Shown here piece after piece: positions 19,244 to 28,793 of a DNA stretch of 64,000 bases. A program made the translations under genes and the position numbers. The notes beneath the pieces are model-generated. The model searched no databases. It had not been told where the DNA came from and was given only the letters and a program-made list of their open reading frames with translations. The stretch covers positions 19,208-83,207 of the forward strand of contig JANMAO010000187.1 in NCBI GenBank assembly GCA_031359875.1, in the 5' to 3' direction. The DNA is from Lysobacter sp. Its GTDB lineage: Bacteria > Pseudomonadota > Gammaproteobacteria > Xanthomonadales > Xanthomonadaceae. Every line of letters starts with the position of its first letter. Position 1 is the stretch's first letter.

Positions 19244-20181
19244 TCACGCCGGCCGTGGCGATCCCGGCCGCACACCGGAAGGCTAGCGCGTCGTCCGCGC
19301 TGGCGCTGCTGCCCAAGCTCATCGACGGGTTTATCTGGAACCACCGTGATCGGGTGAACGAGCTATCCGGGGAGCTTGCCGGCATGCTGTCGGAGACGCA
19401 CCCGGCCATCGCCAAGCGCCTGCGCCAACTTGCGGGCACGAACCTGCAGCCCACGCGCCTGGTCGCCAAACCCGACAACCTTGTGGAGTTCATGGTGGCG
19501 CGCCACGGGCTGGACGCGGTGGTTTTGCCGGACGCCGTGGCGGACAAGTGTCGCCAGATCGTCCTGGAGCATCACCGGCGCGACGCTTTGGCGCCCTTCG
19601 GCCTCGCGCCACGACACAAGGTCTTGCTGCACGGCGCGCCTGGCAATGGCAAGACCTTGCTCGGCGAGGCGCTGGCCCACGAACTGGACGTGCCTTTCCT
19701 GCGCGTGAAGTACGGCGGCCTCATCGACAGCTATCTCGGCGCCACGGGCAAGAACCTCGACACGCTGATGAGCTACGCCAGCACCGCTCCATGCGTGTTG
19801 TTCATCGACGAGTTCGATGGCATCGGCATGGATCGCGCGGCAGCGAGGGATGTCGGTGAGCTTCGGCGCGTCACTAACCACTTGCTGATCGCGATCGAGC
19901 GTCTGCCGTCCTCGGTGGTGCTGGTATGCGCCACGAATGCCGCTCAACTGATCGACCCTGCGCTCAAGCGACGCTTCGACTTCACCCTCGAGCTTCCGGA
20001 ACCAACGGACGAGCTCAAGCGGCGGTGTGCGCGCCGCGAGCTCGCACCAAGTCTCACCCCAGGCACGGACGTCTCCCACATGGCGGAAGACGTTGCCAAC
20101 CTGCCGCTGACGAACCTGTTCGAGGTGGTCGAGCATTGCCGGCAGATCAGGAGAGACCTGGTGCTGGGTAGCACGCCATGA
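19240..20181 (+). CDS. AAA+ ATPase (IetA-like clade)
   Basis: GAPGNGKT, LFIDEFD, SYLGATGKNL, VGELRRV, ATN..IDPALKRRFD. Confidence 0.9.
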   Translation: MITPAVAIPAAHRKASASSALALLPKLIDGFIWNHRDRVNELSGELAGMLSETHPAIAKRLRQLAGTNLQPTRLVAKPDNLVEFMVARHGLDAVVLPDAVADKCRQIVLEHHRRDALAPFGLAPRHKVLLHGAPGNGKTLLGEALAHELDVPFLRVKYGGLIDSYLGATGKNLDTLMSYASTAPCVLFIDEFDGIGMDRAAARDVGELRRVTNHLLIAIERLPSSVVLVCATNAAQLIDPALKRRFDFTLELPEPTDELKRRCARRELAPSLTPGTDVSHMAEDVANLPLTNLFEVVEHCRQIRRDLVLGSTP

Positions 20182-21566
20182 CGTCAGTCATCCATGTCGG
20201 CGACTGCCGGGATGTCATGCGCCAGATGGAAGCGAACAGTGTCGACGCCATCGTCACGGATCCGCCGTATCACCTGAGCGACCCCAAGCGAGGAGCCCAT
20301 GCAGCTGCAACGCATCCGTCCAGGCCGCACGGACGTTCGCGCATCAGCGATGCGGGCTTCATGGGGCTGAAATGGGATGGAGGGGATGTGGCCTTTCGAT
20401 CGGAGACCTGGGCCGAGGCGCTTCGCGTGGCGAAGCCGGGGGCCTACCTGTTGGCCTTCGGTGGCACGCGCACCAGCCATCGAATGGTGAGCGCTATTGA
20501 AGATGCAGGTTGGGAAATCCGGGATGACATCGCCCGGTTCTATACGGGCGACGAAGACCACGATGCGTTCTTCGACAGCCTTGACGAACAACAGCGTGAG
20601 TTGTTTATGCGCGCCTTCGGCCAGCCGTCGCGCCTTGAATGGGTCTATGGCAACGGGTTCCCCAAATCGAAAAACCTGAAAGGCGATCGCGAAGGCTGGG
20701 GTACCGCACTGAAGCCAGCACACGAGCCCATCGTGCTGGCACGTAAGCCATTGTCCGGCACGGTGCAACAGAACGTGCGCGCCTACGGCACCGGCGCTTT
20801 GAACATCGACGGGAGCCGAATTGATGTGGCTGATGAACATCTGCGTGCTGGTGCTGGCGTCATTCCATGCCGACATGCGTCGGACGAGAGGCGCCAACGG
20901 AGTAATGAGAGCAGCGCCAAGCGCAGGTATGCCGACAGAGGAGTCACTGACATTGCTGCCGCGCCCGGCCCCCGCGGCGGCGACACGGATGGCCGCTGGC
21001 CAGCGAACGTCATCCATGATGGCAGCGACGAGGTGCTGGCTGCCTTTCCGGGGGCGCCCGGGCAACGTGGTGCGGTCACCGGCACAGAACCGACAGCAAA
21101 CGGTTTTTCAGGTGCTGTGACATACAGCGGCATGCTGAAACGAGAGCCATCAGCAGCGCCACGCTTGGATGCCGGAAGCGCGGCACGGTTCTTCTATTGC
21201 GCGAAACCGAGCAAGGCCGAACGTGAGATGGGTCTCGAATCCGCGCCAAAACAGTCGGCAGGCATGCGATCGAACACCAGTGGTGCGCGCATTACAGCGC
21301 GTGAAGGCTATGACGTCTCACCCCGGGCGAACAATCACCCCACAGTGAAGCCGATCGCGCTGATGCGCTACCTCTGCCGCATGGTTACGCCACCTGGCGG
21401 AGTCGTGCTGGATCTGTTCACTGGATCTGGTTCCACCGGTTGTGCTGCAGTGGCGGAAGGGTTTCGGTTTGTTGGTATCGAGCTCAATGAGCGCTATGCC
21501 GCGATCGCTGATCGTCGCATTGCCGCAGTGCAGCCAGGGTTGGAGTTGGCTTTTGCCGCTGAATAA
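20178..21566 (+). CDS. Orphan DNA methyltransferase (N4-C/N6-A, beta class, phage type)
   Basis: VTDPPY, GFPKS, ALKPAHEPI, GRWPANV, HPTVKP, VLDLFTGSGSTG. Confidence 0.93.
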   Translation: MTSVIHVGDCRDVMRQMEANSVDAIVTDPPYHLSDPKRGAHAAATHPSRPHGRSRISDAGFMGLKWDGGDVAFRSETWAEALRVAKPGAYLLAFGGTRTSHRMVSAIEDAGWEIRDDIARFYTGDEDHDAFFDSLDEQQRELFMRAFGQPSRLEWVYGNGFPKSKNLKGDREGWGTALKPAHEPIVLARKPLSGTVQQNVRAYGTGALNIDGSRIDVADEHLRAGAGVIPCRHASDERRQRSNESSAKRRYADRGVTDIAAAPGPRGGDTDGRWPANVIHDGSDEVLAAFPGAPGQRGAVTGTEPTANGFSGAVTYSGMLKREPSAAPRLDAGSAARFFYCAKPSKAEREMGLESAPKQSAGMRSNTSGARITAREGYDVSPRANNHPTVKPIALMRYLCRMVTPPGGVVLDLFTGSGSTGCAAVAEGFRFVGIELNERYAAIADRRIAAVQPGLELAFAAE

Positions 21567-21578
21567 CAGAAGGATGGC

Positions 21579-21980
21579 GTGATCATGATAGACACCGTAG
21601 TCGGTGGCATGTTTTTCGCGGGCATTCGTTCCTGCCGAATCTGCGGTTGCACGGACATAAACGCCTGCCCCGATGGATGTTGGTGGGTGGGTGATCGTCT
21701 CTGCAGCGCCTGCTCACCGGCCCTCGAAACGGTCCTTGCTGCATTACGGCAAGTCAGCGATAGAGCACATCTCTCCATGATCACGGGGCGCGCAGTGCGT
21801 GCGGTGCGCTCCTGGACTGATGACGAGCGCGCGGACGCCTACCACTGGGCGATGTCCTTGCACTACGCGGTTCACGACAACGACATCGAGGTGCCGCCGA
21901 CCCCTGGGTGTATCTCATCGCTCCGGTCGACGAACGACCCCTCGGTTGTCCCGCATAGCGAGGTGGCTACCCATGAATGA
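21579..21980 (+). CDS. Cys-rich phage-type hypothetical protein
   Basis: CRICGCTD..AC..GCWWV...CSAC. Confidence 0.7.
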   Translation: MIMIDTVVGGMFFAGIRSCRICGCTDINACPDGCWWVGDRLCSACSPALETVLAALRQVSDRAHLSMITGRAVRAVRSWTDDERADAYHWAMSLHYAVHDNDIEVPPTPGCISSLRSTNDPSVVPHSEVATHE

Positions 21981-22899
21981 GCACGACGCACCGCCGCGTT
22001 CACCTGAAGCCCGGCTTGCCGACATCGTTGCCACACTGCGCGCGCGCTACTCACCCACGAAGGTGCCGGCTTGCCGCGTATGTGGTGGTGAATTGAGCAT
22101 CCAGAGCGTCGGCGGTGGCGAGCCGACTGTGTGGGCGTGCTCGGACCTCGAGGCTGACCCCGCGCAACCAGGCCACCTCCGCAGGAAGCCCGGTCGCACC
22201 GTGGCCGACAGTCACTACTCGCAGTCCCGTTGGGTCGATTATCGTCAGGGTGGCGACAGCGTCGTCATGGAGTTGCTTGATCTGCTTGCCGCCGATGCTG
22301 CTCCGCTGGCGGACGCAGAGCGTTCGTCGACGGCAACAGCGGGCGATCCGACAGCCCACTTCCTCACGCACATCACGGCCAATCAGGCGCAGAACCTGCT
22401 GGATTCTTTCGGCGGCGAGGCAACCACCTATGCGTTGATTCGATGCGGCAAGGGTGAGTGCGGACTGGAAGACGATGGAAGCGCTTCGCCGGCCGGCCTG
22501 TATGTCTACGACATGAATTGCCCGGAGGAGGGCGTCATCTACCTTGGCGATGAGGATGAGAATTCCACGCCAACCAGACTGGTGCTGGTGCAACAGGATA
22601 GTGGCGTCGCGCGCATCGCTGCAGAGCGTCAGCGCCAGATGACTGCAGAGGGCTACACCCCGGATGGCGACGATCGCTACACACAGGACGAGCTCCTGCT
22701 GGCAGCTGCAACCTATATTGGAACAGCATGTAACCACGACGACGGCGAAATTGAGAAGCGAATGTTTGCAGCTGGCATCTGGCCCTGGGATGCTCGGTTC
22801 TTCAAGCCTCAAAACCGCGTTCGCGACCTCGAGCGCGCCGGCGCTCTTGTCGCCGCCGAGCTTGATCGGATGAAGCGCGCGGAGACGACGCGTGGCTGA
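21973..22899 (+). CDS. Ead/Ea22-like mosaic phage protein
   Basis: N-terminal CRVCGGELSIQ..VWAC..HYSQSR; C-terminal IAAERQRQ..EGY..DD..WPW..FKP..RDLERAGALVAAELDR module. Confidence 0.7.
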   Translation: MNEHDAPPRSPEARLADIVATLRARYSPTKVPACRVCGGELSIQSVGGGEPTVWACSDLEADPAQPGHLRRKPGRTVADSHYSQSRWVDYRQGGDSVVMELLDLLAADAAPLADAERSSTATAGDPTAHFLTHITANQAQNLLDSFGGEATTYALIRCGKGECGLEDDGSASPAGLYVYDMNCPEEGVIYLGDEDENSTPTRLVLVQQDSGVARIAAERQRQMTAEGYTPDGDDRYTQDELLLAAATYIGTACNHDDGEIEKRMFAAGIWPWDARFFKPQNRVRDLERAGALVAAELDRMKRAETTRG

Positions 22900-23983
22900 T
22901 CACAGCGCAATCGAGTGGACGGATGCCTCATGGAACCCCTTGCGCGGCTGCTCGCGCGTGTCGACGGGGTGCCAGCACTGCTACGCAGAGCGCGTTGCCG
23001 CGCGGTTCAGCGGCCCGGGCCAGCCGTATGAAGGCCTGATCCATGCCGCGACCAGCGGTTGGAACGGCCGGGTGCGCCTGGTGCCCGGGGTGTTGGACCA
23101 GCCGCTACGCTGGAAACGGCCGCGCCGGATCTTCGTCAACAGCATGTCCGACCTGTTTCATGAGTCGATGTCAAACGAAGCGATTGCAGCCGTCTTTGGC
23201 GTCATGGCTGCGGCGCCACAACACACTTTTCAGATCCTCACGAAGCGTCCGGCCCGCATGCTCGAATGGTTCGCGTGGCACAAGCAGGCTGCGCGGCAGG
23301 GTGAATGGGAGTGGCAGCCTTGGCGCGTATGCGAGGAGGCAGCCATCGAGCTGATCCCCGGTCTTCCCGCGATCGGTGCGAATCAGCCATGGCCCCTTCG
23401 CCATGTTTGGGTTGGCGTCAGCGTTGAAAATCAAGCTGCGGCCGACGAGCGGATTCCGCTGTTGCTGCAGTGCCCGGCGGCCGTGCGCTGGTTGTCGTGC
23501 GAACCACTGCTGGGACCGATCAACTTCCGCTGGACCCCATACGCACATCAGGCGGCCAATCAGCCGTACCCCGCTTACTTGGAGGCCCGCGGCTCGGTCA
23601 ACGAGTACGAGGCGCTGCGACTGATCGACTGGATCGTTGCCGGCGGCGAGTCTGGTCCCGACGCGCGACCGATGCACCCCGAATGGGCGCGCTCGCTGCG
23701 CGACCAGTGCACCGCGGCCGGCGCGCGGTACTTTTTCAAACAGTGGGGAGAGTGGGCACCGCACCAGGTCGTTACCGGTGGAGATCTCGGCGGCTCGGTA
23801 CGCTCAGGCCGTGTCCGCATCGTGCATCACCGGGGTCAGACGGATGTCGAAGTCTCGGAAGCGACCGGCGGACACAGTACCTTGCCGGGATCGCGCTACA
23901 TGGCACGCGTGGGCAAGCGCGCCGCCGGCCGTCTACTTGATGGTGCCGAACACAACGCGTACCCGGGTGCCATCCATGAGTGA
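22892..23983 (+). CDS. Phage Gp37/Gp68 family (DUF5131) protein
   Basis: SAIEWTDASWNP, GCSRVSTGCQHCYA, FVNSMSDLFH, FQILTKRP, SCEPLLG, GGESG, FFKQWG. Confidence 0.93.
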   Translation: MADHSAIEWTDASWNPLRGCSRVSTGCQHCYAERVAARFSGPGQPYEGLIHAATSGWNGRVRLVPGVLDQPLRWKRPRRIFVNSMSDLFHESMSNEAIAAVFGVMAAAPQHTFQILTKRPARMLEWFAWHKQAARQGEWEWQPWRVCEEAAIELIPGLPAIGANQPWPLRHVWVGVSVENQAAADERIPLLLQCPAAVRWLSCEPLLGPINFRWTPYAHQAANQPYPAYLEARGSVNEYEALRLIDWIVAGGESGPDARPMHPEWARSLRDQCTAAGARYFFKQWGEWAPHQVVTGGDLGGSVRSGRVRIVHHRGQTDVEVSEATGGHSTLPGSRYMARVGKRAAGRLLDGAEHNAYPGAIHE

Positions 23984-24081
23984 TCGTGAAAGCGTCTTGC
24001 CGATGATGGAACCGACAAGAGCCTCGGAATAACTCGCGCCAGATTGACTTACGCGCGCATGCATCAACCACAGATAGGAGA

Positions 24082-24582
24082 ATGAAGAATGAAGATGGGA
24101 GAGTGCGATTGAGTGCATCGCGTGACCGGTCTGTCCGCCGCGCAGGGTGGCTGGCCAGTGAACAGGCCGGCGTGAAGGGTTTTTTGCGTTCGCCCAATCC
24201 ACCGATGCTTGCGGTGCCCGGTGGAGACGGGCCGGCCCGTTTCTACGATGGCGCGACTGAGCGTAGCGTGCCGTCAGGCGCAACGAAGGCCAGCATGTCG
24301 CCGGCATGGCTCAGCGACGTGGCCGGCGTCCTGGACGAGGTCTACATCGTGCGCGCGCTCGTCGGTGTCGATGCCGGCGGCCTCTACCATCCAGCCATGT
24401 CGGTGGCGCCAGAGGGAAAGCATGGCCAGATTACCTGGGGGAGCCCGCGATACACGCTGGGCCAAGCCAAACACGACGCCGCGGAGTGGCTGAAAGCCTC
24501 CGCCCTCATCGGGGTGAAGTTAAGACCCGGGCGTCCAACAAGCGCCGCCTCGCCAGAGCGGATCGACAGCCTTGAGGGCTGA
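24082..24582 (+). CDS. Hypothetical protein
   Basis: AGGAG RBS; 166 aa. Confidence 0.5.
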   Translation: MKNEDGRVRLSASRDRSVRRAGWLASEQAGVKGFLRSPNPPMLAVPGGDGPARFYDGATERSVPSGATKASMSPAWLSDVAGVLDEVYIVRALVGVDAGGLYHPAMSVAPEGKHGQITWGSPRYTLGQAKHDAAEWLKASALIGVKLRPGRPTSAASPERIDSLEG

Positions 24583-24641
24583 GGATGTGACGTTGCTGAT
24601 TTGGTGACGAAGTGATCGTGCAAGCTAATTCAGGAGGGAGT

Positions 24642-24950
24642 ATGGGTAAAAAGAAGGGTACGACGATGCATCAAGCTCGGCGCCGCTGCTTGACTACCAT
24701 GGTCGCTGCGACAGATGGCTCCATGGCGCCGCAGGATTTGGCGAAGGTTGGGTTTCCTGATTCTGTGTTTGAGTCCGATGGAGCGGCCCTCATGGCAGGC
24801 ACCCAGCTTCGCTATCAGATGCTCGAAGATGGTGTTGTGCGACAAAATATGGTGGGTTCTCTTGACCGAAGATTTTACATCACACTGAAGGGCCGCGCCG
24901 AACTCGATGCGATGAGTTCGCCGGTGGCTATCATTGATCCTTGCGCTTGA
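24642..24950 (+). CDS. Putative winged-helix protein (paralog of 26089-26376)
   Basis: GGAGGGAG RBS; ARRRCLT..GFP..LRYQML.DGV..YITLKGRAEL. Confidence 0.65.
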   Translation: MGKKKGTTMHQARRRCLTTMVAATDGSMAPQDLAKVGFPDSVFESDGAALMAGTQLRYQMLEDGVVRQNMVGSLDRRFYITLKGRAELDAMSSPVAIIDPCA

Positions 24951-26001
24951 GGTGACCAGCGCCCTCACCGCTGAGGCAGCAACCAGTCGCGTTGCGAGGC
25001 AGGGATCAGTGAGGACGATCGGTAGTCATGAGTGCCTGGGCGCGGACGTCTACATCGGGCGGCCCGGTCCGTGGGCCAATCCCTTCGAGATCGGTGTGCA
25101 CGGCGATCGCGCAGACGTCATCGCGCGCTTCTCGGCCTGGTTCTCCGCCCAGCCGCACCTGCAGCGCATGGCGCGTCGCGAGCTGGCAGGGAAGACCCTT
25201 GGGTGCTGGTGTGCTCCGGAAGCCTGTCACGGCGACGTGCTTGCCGCGGTGGCCAACGACGGCGGCCCGTCTGATGATCCAGTTCTGGTGTTCGGCGCGA
25301 ACTTGCGAGGGGTTCACGGGCGCGGTGCCGCACTCTTCGCGCACCAACATCGCGGTGCAGTAATTGGGCAGGGACGCGGCCGTACTGGCAACGCCTACGG
25401 CATCCCCACCAAGGATCAGCAGCTCAACACGCTACCGCTGCCAGCCATCCGTGATGGTGTGATGGAGTTCCTGGCCCACGCCCGAGCGAATCCGGCGGAC
25501 CTGTTCGAAGTGACGCGCGTCGGCTGCGGCCTGGCTGGCTACAAGGACGCGCAGATTGCCCCGCTGTTCGACGGCGCGCCGGCGAACGTGGATCTCCCAC
25601 ACATGTGGCGATTGATGCTCGGCTTGCCCGTGCCGCCGCATGTCATCGTGGCCGGGTCGCGTGACTTCAATGACCAGGTGCGGCTGGATGTGGGACTGGA
25701 CAAGATTCTGTCGCGCATGAACGCACCGGTGATCATCAGTGGCGCGGCGAAGGGCGCCGACACGATGGGCGAGACGCATGCGATATCGCGCTGGCCAGAC
25801 CGCGAGTTTCCGTTCCTGCGCTATCCGGCGGAGTGGGATCGCTACGGCAAGCGCGCCGGCATGATCCGGAATCAGCAGATGGCGCGGGTCGCGTCGCATT
25901 TGGTCGGGTTCTGGGACGGCGCATCGCCCGGCACGAAGGCCATGATCGACATGGCTACGGCGGATGGGCTGATGGTGCGCGTGGTGAGGGTGAACTCATG
26001 A
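24934..26001 (+). CDS. Three-domain fusion: DUF4326 + macro-like (A1S_2505 type) + SLOG (YspA/DUF2493); start uncertain
   Basis: YIGRPGPWANPF..LAGKTLGCWCAPEACHGDVL; VFGANLRGVHGRGAA..YGIPTK..VTRVGCGLAG; IVAGSRDF..ISGAAKGAD..AGMIRNQQM..FWDGASPGT. Confidence 0.85.
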   Translation: MILALEVTSALTAEAATSRVARQGSVRTIGSHECLGADVYIGRPGPWANPFEIGVHGDRADVIARFSAWFSAQPHLQRMARRELAGKTLGCWCAPEACHGDVLAAVANDGGPSDDPVLVFGANLRGVHGRGAALFAHQHRGAVIGQGRGRTGNAYGIPTKDQQLNTLPLPAIRDGVMEFLAHARANPADLFEVTRVGCGLAGYKDAQIAPLFDGAPANVDLPHMWRLMLGLPVPPHVIVAGSRDFNDQVRLDVGLDKILSRMNAPVIISGAAKGADTMGETHAISRWPDREFPFLRYPAEWDRYGKRAGMIRNQQMARVASHLVGFWDGASPGTKAMIDMATADGLMVRVVRVNS

Positions 26002-26088
26002 ATAATGGCGCTCTGCTTGTCGAGGAGGGCATCGTGGCCATATGTGTCACGGTCGTCGCTGTGGCACGACTCACGGCATGGATTCTTC

Positions 26089-26376
26089 ATGCGTGACCGG
26101 GTCTATCCAGCAACGACGCTTGCTGAGGCCCGCCGCCGATGCCTCACCGCGCTTGCCAGGTCGGGCAGCTCCATCCGTTCCGCTGGCATGGGAAAGATCG
26201 GCTTCCCCGAAGTGCGGTTCCGCACGTTGCAAGGCGCGGCGTTCGCCAGCGCCAAGTTGCGGCACCAGATGCTCAGCGACGGGGTAATCGTGCCGCACCA
26301 CGTGGATGGGGAGTACCGGATCACGGAGAAGGGCAGAGCGGAGCTGGCGCGTGCCGAACAGGAGCATCAGGCGTGA
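26089..26376 (+). CDS. Putative winged-helix protein (paralog of 24642-24950)
   Basis: ARRRCLT..IGFP..LRHQMLSDGV..YRITEKGRAEL. Confidence 0.65.
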   Translation: MRDRVYPATTLAEARRRCLTALARSGSSIRSAGMGKIGFPEVRFRTLQGAAFASAKLRHQMLSDGVIVPHHVDGEYRITEKGRAELARAEQEHQA

Positions 26377-27032
26377 CGCAGCTCACTCATGGACACCTCT
26401 GCCAGATCGCGCGCCGCTGGCTGCTCTTTTCTCACAGCAGGGGCGGCCACGGCTGCCAGGTCGCTCTCGTCGAGCCGCGGATAGGCTTTCTGTCCGGTGA
26501 GATTCCTGATGCCATCGGCTTCCGTGCATCGAACTGGCTCGACGGCTCCGTCATGGTCGAGTGCAAGGCGTCTCGCGCGGACTTCCTGGCCGACCGGAAG
26601 AAACCCCACAGGGAAGGTGCTGGCATGGGCCGCTGGCGCTACTACATGGCCCCCGAAGGCGTAATTGGCCAGGATGAGCTGCCGGCGCGTTGGGGCCTTC
26701 TCGTGGTTAATGCTAGGAGTTCGGTGAAGGCTATCGCCGGCGCTGCCTCAGTGCTGCCCACACATTCGGGCAAGAACGCGTGGCCTGACGACGTCGCCGC
26801 GGAGATGATGGCGTTCGAGCTCGAACACGATGCATTCCGCGAATCACTGATGCTGGCCAAGATGCTGCATCGCGTGGGTAACCCCGAAGCGGTGAATCAG
26901 CGCCTTCGTGAGGCGGAAGGCAATGTGCAGCGCCTGGGCAAGCGCCTCGAGAAGAACCGGGTTGAGACCGAGCGACTGCGCAAGCAGCTGTTTGCCTTGG
27001 AGGCTGAGCGCGACGCGCTGGCCTGCCCATGA
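26373..27032 (+). CDS. MmcB-like PD-(D/E)xK nuclease (phage type)
   Basis: EIPDAIGFR..VECKASRADFLAD.KKPHR..GMGRWRYYMAPEG..WGLL. Confidence 0.8.
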   Translation: MTQLTHGHLCQIARRWLLFSHSRGGHGCQVALVEPRIGFLSGEIPDAIGFRASNWLDGSVMVECKASRADFLADRKKPHREGAGMGRWRYYMAPEGVIGQDELPARWGLLVVNARSSVKAIAGAASVLPTHSGKNAWPDDVAAEMMAFELEHDAFRESLMLAKMLHRVGNPEAVNQRLREAEGNVQRLGKRLEKNRVETERLRKQLFALEAERDALACP

Positions 27033-27340
27033 AGAAGTGCGCGCAAGCCGAGCGTCCGGCCACCTGGGGCGTCCAGCGATGGTTCGTCGGCAGCTGGTTC
27101 GATGAGCACGAGCATGCGCAGAAGATCTCCTGGCGGAGATCGGCCACTGCGGCAAGGATTTCGGGAAGGCAGTGCAGTTGGTCGTCGACAGCAATGTGTT
27201 TGGCACATACGGATCCATCGCGTACATGCGCAACTCGCTCGCGGGGCTTTTGTCCGGCATTGAAGGCGGGCTGGGCGCCTACAGGGATGCGCCGGCGCCG
27301 GCGTCGCCTGGCGTTGGCGAGCGCGTCCGGTGAAAAATGC

Positions 27341-27377
27341 TTGCGTTAGACGCCTAACACTACTAGGATGCGCAACG
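27341..27377 (+). promoter_or_regulatory. Sigma70-like promoter overlapped by 17-bp box copy 4 (27361-27377, reverse)
   Basis: TTGCGT-17 bp-TAGGAT; box reverse complement CGTTGCGCATCCTAGTA. Confidence 0.7.
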
Positions 27378-27412
27378 GATCGAGCCGATTCGTCGAAATA
27401 GGAGGCGCAGCT

Positions 27413-27709
27413 ATGGTGTTCAATGTGGGTGACACAGTTCAGTGGCACAGCTCCGCGGCTGGCGGCACAACGAAGAAAACGGGGAGGATTCTGGCTGTGG
27501 TTGAGCCCGGCACAACGGGCGCGCATGCAGTCACGGCTTTCATCAACAAGCACGTTCGCGCTGGCACGCATCGTTCGGCCTATGGCGGTGGCGCGGGGCG
27601 CGCTCACACGAGCTATGTCGTGGAGGTCGCGGTCGGTTCGACGAAAGCGAAGCCTGTTCTGTACTGGCCGGTGGCCAGCAAGCTGCAGCTGGTGCCGGCG
27701 TCATGCTGA
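27413..27709 (+). CDS. Small SH3-like/KOW-like hypothetical protein
   Basis: GGAGG RBS; FNVGDTVQW..LYWP. Confidence 0.65.
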   Translation: MVFNVGDTVQWHSSAAGGTTKKTGRILAVVEPGTTGAHAVTAFINKHVRAGTHRSAYGGGAGRAHTSYVVEVAVGSTKAKPVLYWPVASKLQLVPASC

Positions 27710-27981
27710 AGATCACCGAATACCCCACCACGGCCTGGGTGCTGCAGCCGGGTTTCAAGCCGGTCGAGGTGGTGTTGGTAAAGCGCGGGTACGACTACTC
27801 CTACCCCGACTGGCACGTCACAGCAAAGGGTACGGGGTATCACTCGGACAAACTCCACGCGACGAAGCGCGAGGCTATCGCGGCAGGACGGGCCGAGATC
27901 GAGAAAATGGAAACTGACCTGGCAAAGCGGCGCGCGAACCTGGACAAGCGGATCGCGGCGCTGGACAAGGCGGAGGCCTAG
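27703..27981 (+). CDS. Hypothetical protein with C-terminal coiled coil
   Basis: Overlaps the upstream stop. Confidence 0.65.
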   Translation: MLKITEYPTTAWVLQPGFKPVEVVLVKRGYDYSYPDWHVTAKGTGYHSDKLHATKREAIAAGRAEIEKMETDLAKRRANLDKRIAALDKAEA

Positions 27982-28131
27982 AAACATGGCCGATTCAACG
28001 AGCGACACAGCAGGTGCGGCCGCGTCTGACCTTGCGGCATGGGAGGCGAAGCGTCGCGAAGCCGTGGCAAGAGCCATCTGCACATCGGTAGTCATGAGCA
28101 CCTTGCATATCAACGACGGAGGGAAGCCACG

Positions 28132-28338
28132 ATGAGCGCTGATTCAACCGCCGACGCCGAGCTGGCGTTGTGCGAGGAACTCCGGCTGTACTGCAAGGAC
28201 AACGCGTTGCCCTTCATGTCAGCGGGTGACCTGCTTGGCCGGTCGGAAGATTCGGCCCATCGTGCGTGGCTGACGGATTTCATCGCGCGCTGGGACGCGG
28301 CTGTCGATCCCTTGGGCGCGTCCCCTCTCGCGGAGTGA
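28132..28338 (+). CDS. Hypothetical protein
   Basis: GGAGG RBS. Confidence 0.55.
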   Translation: MSADSTADAELALCEELRLYCKDNALPFMSAGDLLGRSEDSAHRAWLTDFIARWDAAVDPLGASPLAE

Positions 28339-28341
28339 ACT

Positions 28342-28590
28342 ATGGCAACCATATCGCGTATTCGCCCAGGACAGGTTCTCTATACGGTCACACGCCAGAA
28401 GATGGGGAACACAGCACTGTCCACCAAGGCAGTCCATGCAGTGCGTGTGATCGAAGTCGATCCTAACGGGAAGTTCGTCATGGCGTCTTGGAACACAAAT
28501 CCAGCGAGGAAATACCGCGAAAGCGATGTTTCAAGATGGAAGGTCAACAAGCCCGTTAAGACAAAACGCGACAGTGAGCATGTCCAATGA
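28342..28590 (+). CDS. Hypothetical protein
   Basis: GGAG RBS; in operon. Confidence 0.6.
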   Translation: MATISRIRPGQVLYTVTRQKMGNTALSTKAVHAVRVIEVDPNGKFVMASWNTNPARKYRESDVSRWKVNKPVKTKRDSEHVQ

Positions 28591-28793
28591 TTCAGACCAT
28601 AGACGAGATGATCGCTCGCTTGACCAAACTCAAGGAGGAGCATGGCGGTCAGACCCGGGTAGTCCTCAGCGGGCGGAAGGGGTTCCACACGTTCGATCTG
28701 GGAGCCGGCCGCGCGGGTGTCGCAACCCCTTTCAAGGCCGTCAGCCGGGGCGGGGAAGCAGTCGTTATCATCACTTCGTCCACACTTTTCTAA
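28587..28793 (+). CDS. Hypothetical protein
   Basis: ATGA-coupled. Confidence 0.55.
   Translation: MIQTIDEMIARLTKLKEEHGGQTRVVLSGRKGFHTFDLGAGRAGVATPFKAVSRGGEAVVIITSSTLF

Noticed and set aside
27029-27349. ATGA-coupled 106-aa ORF after the MmcB-like gene
   Set aside because: Composition becomes implausible after about 35 aa and it runs into a promoter; possibly frameshifted, not supportable as a CDS.
27346-27365. TTAG...TACTA resembling the Xanthomonadales LexA box
   Set aside because: Spacing does not fit TTAG-N6-TACTA; better explained by the promoter plus the 17-bp box.
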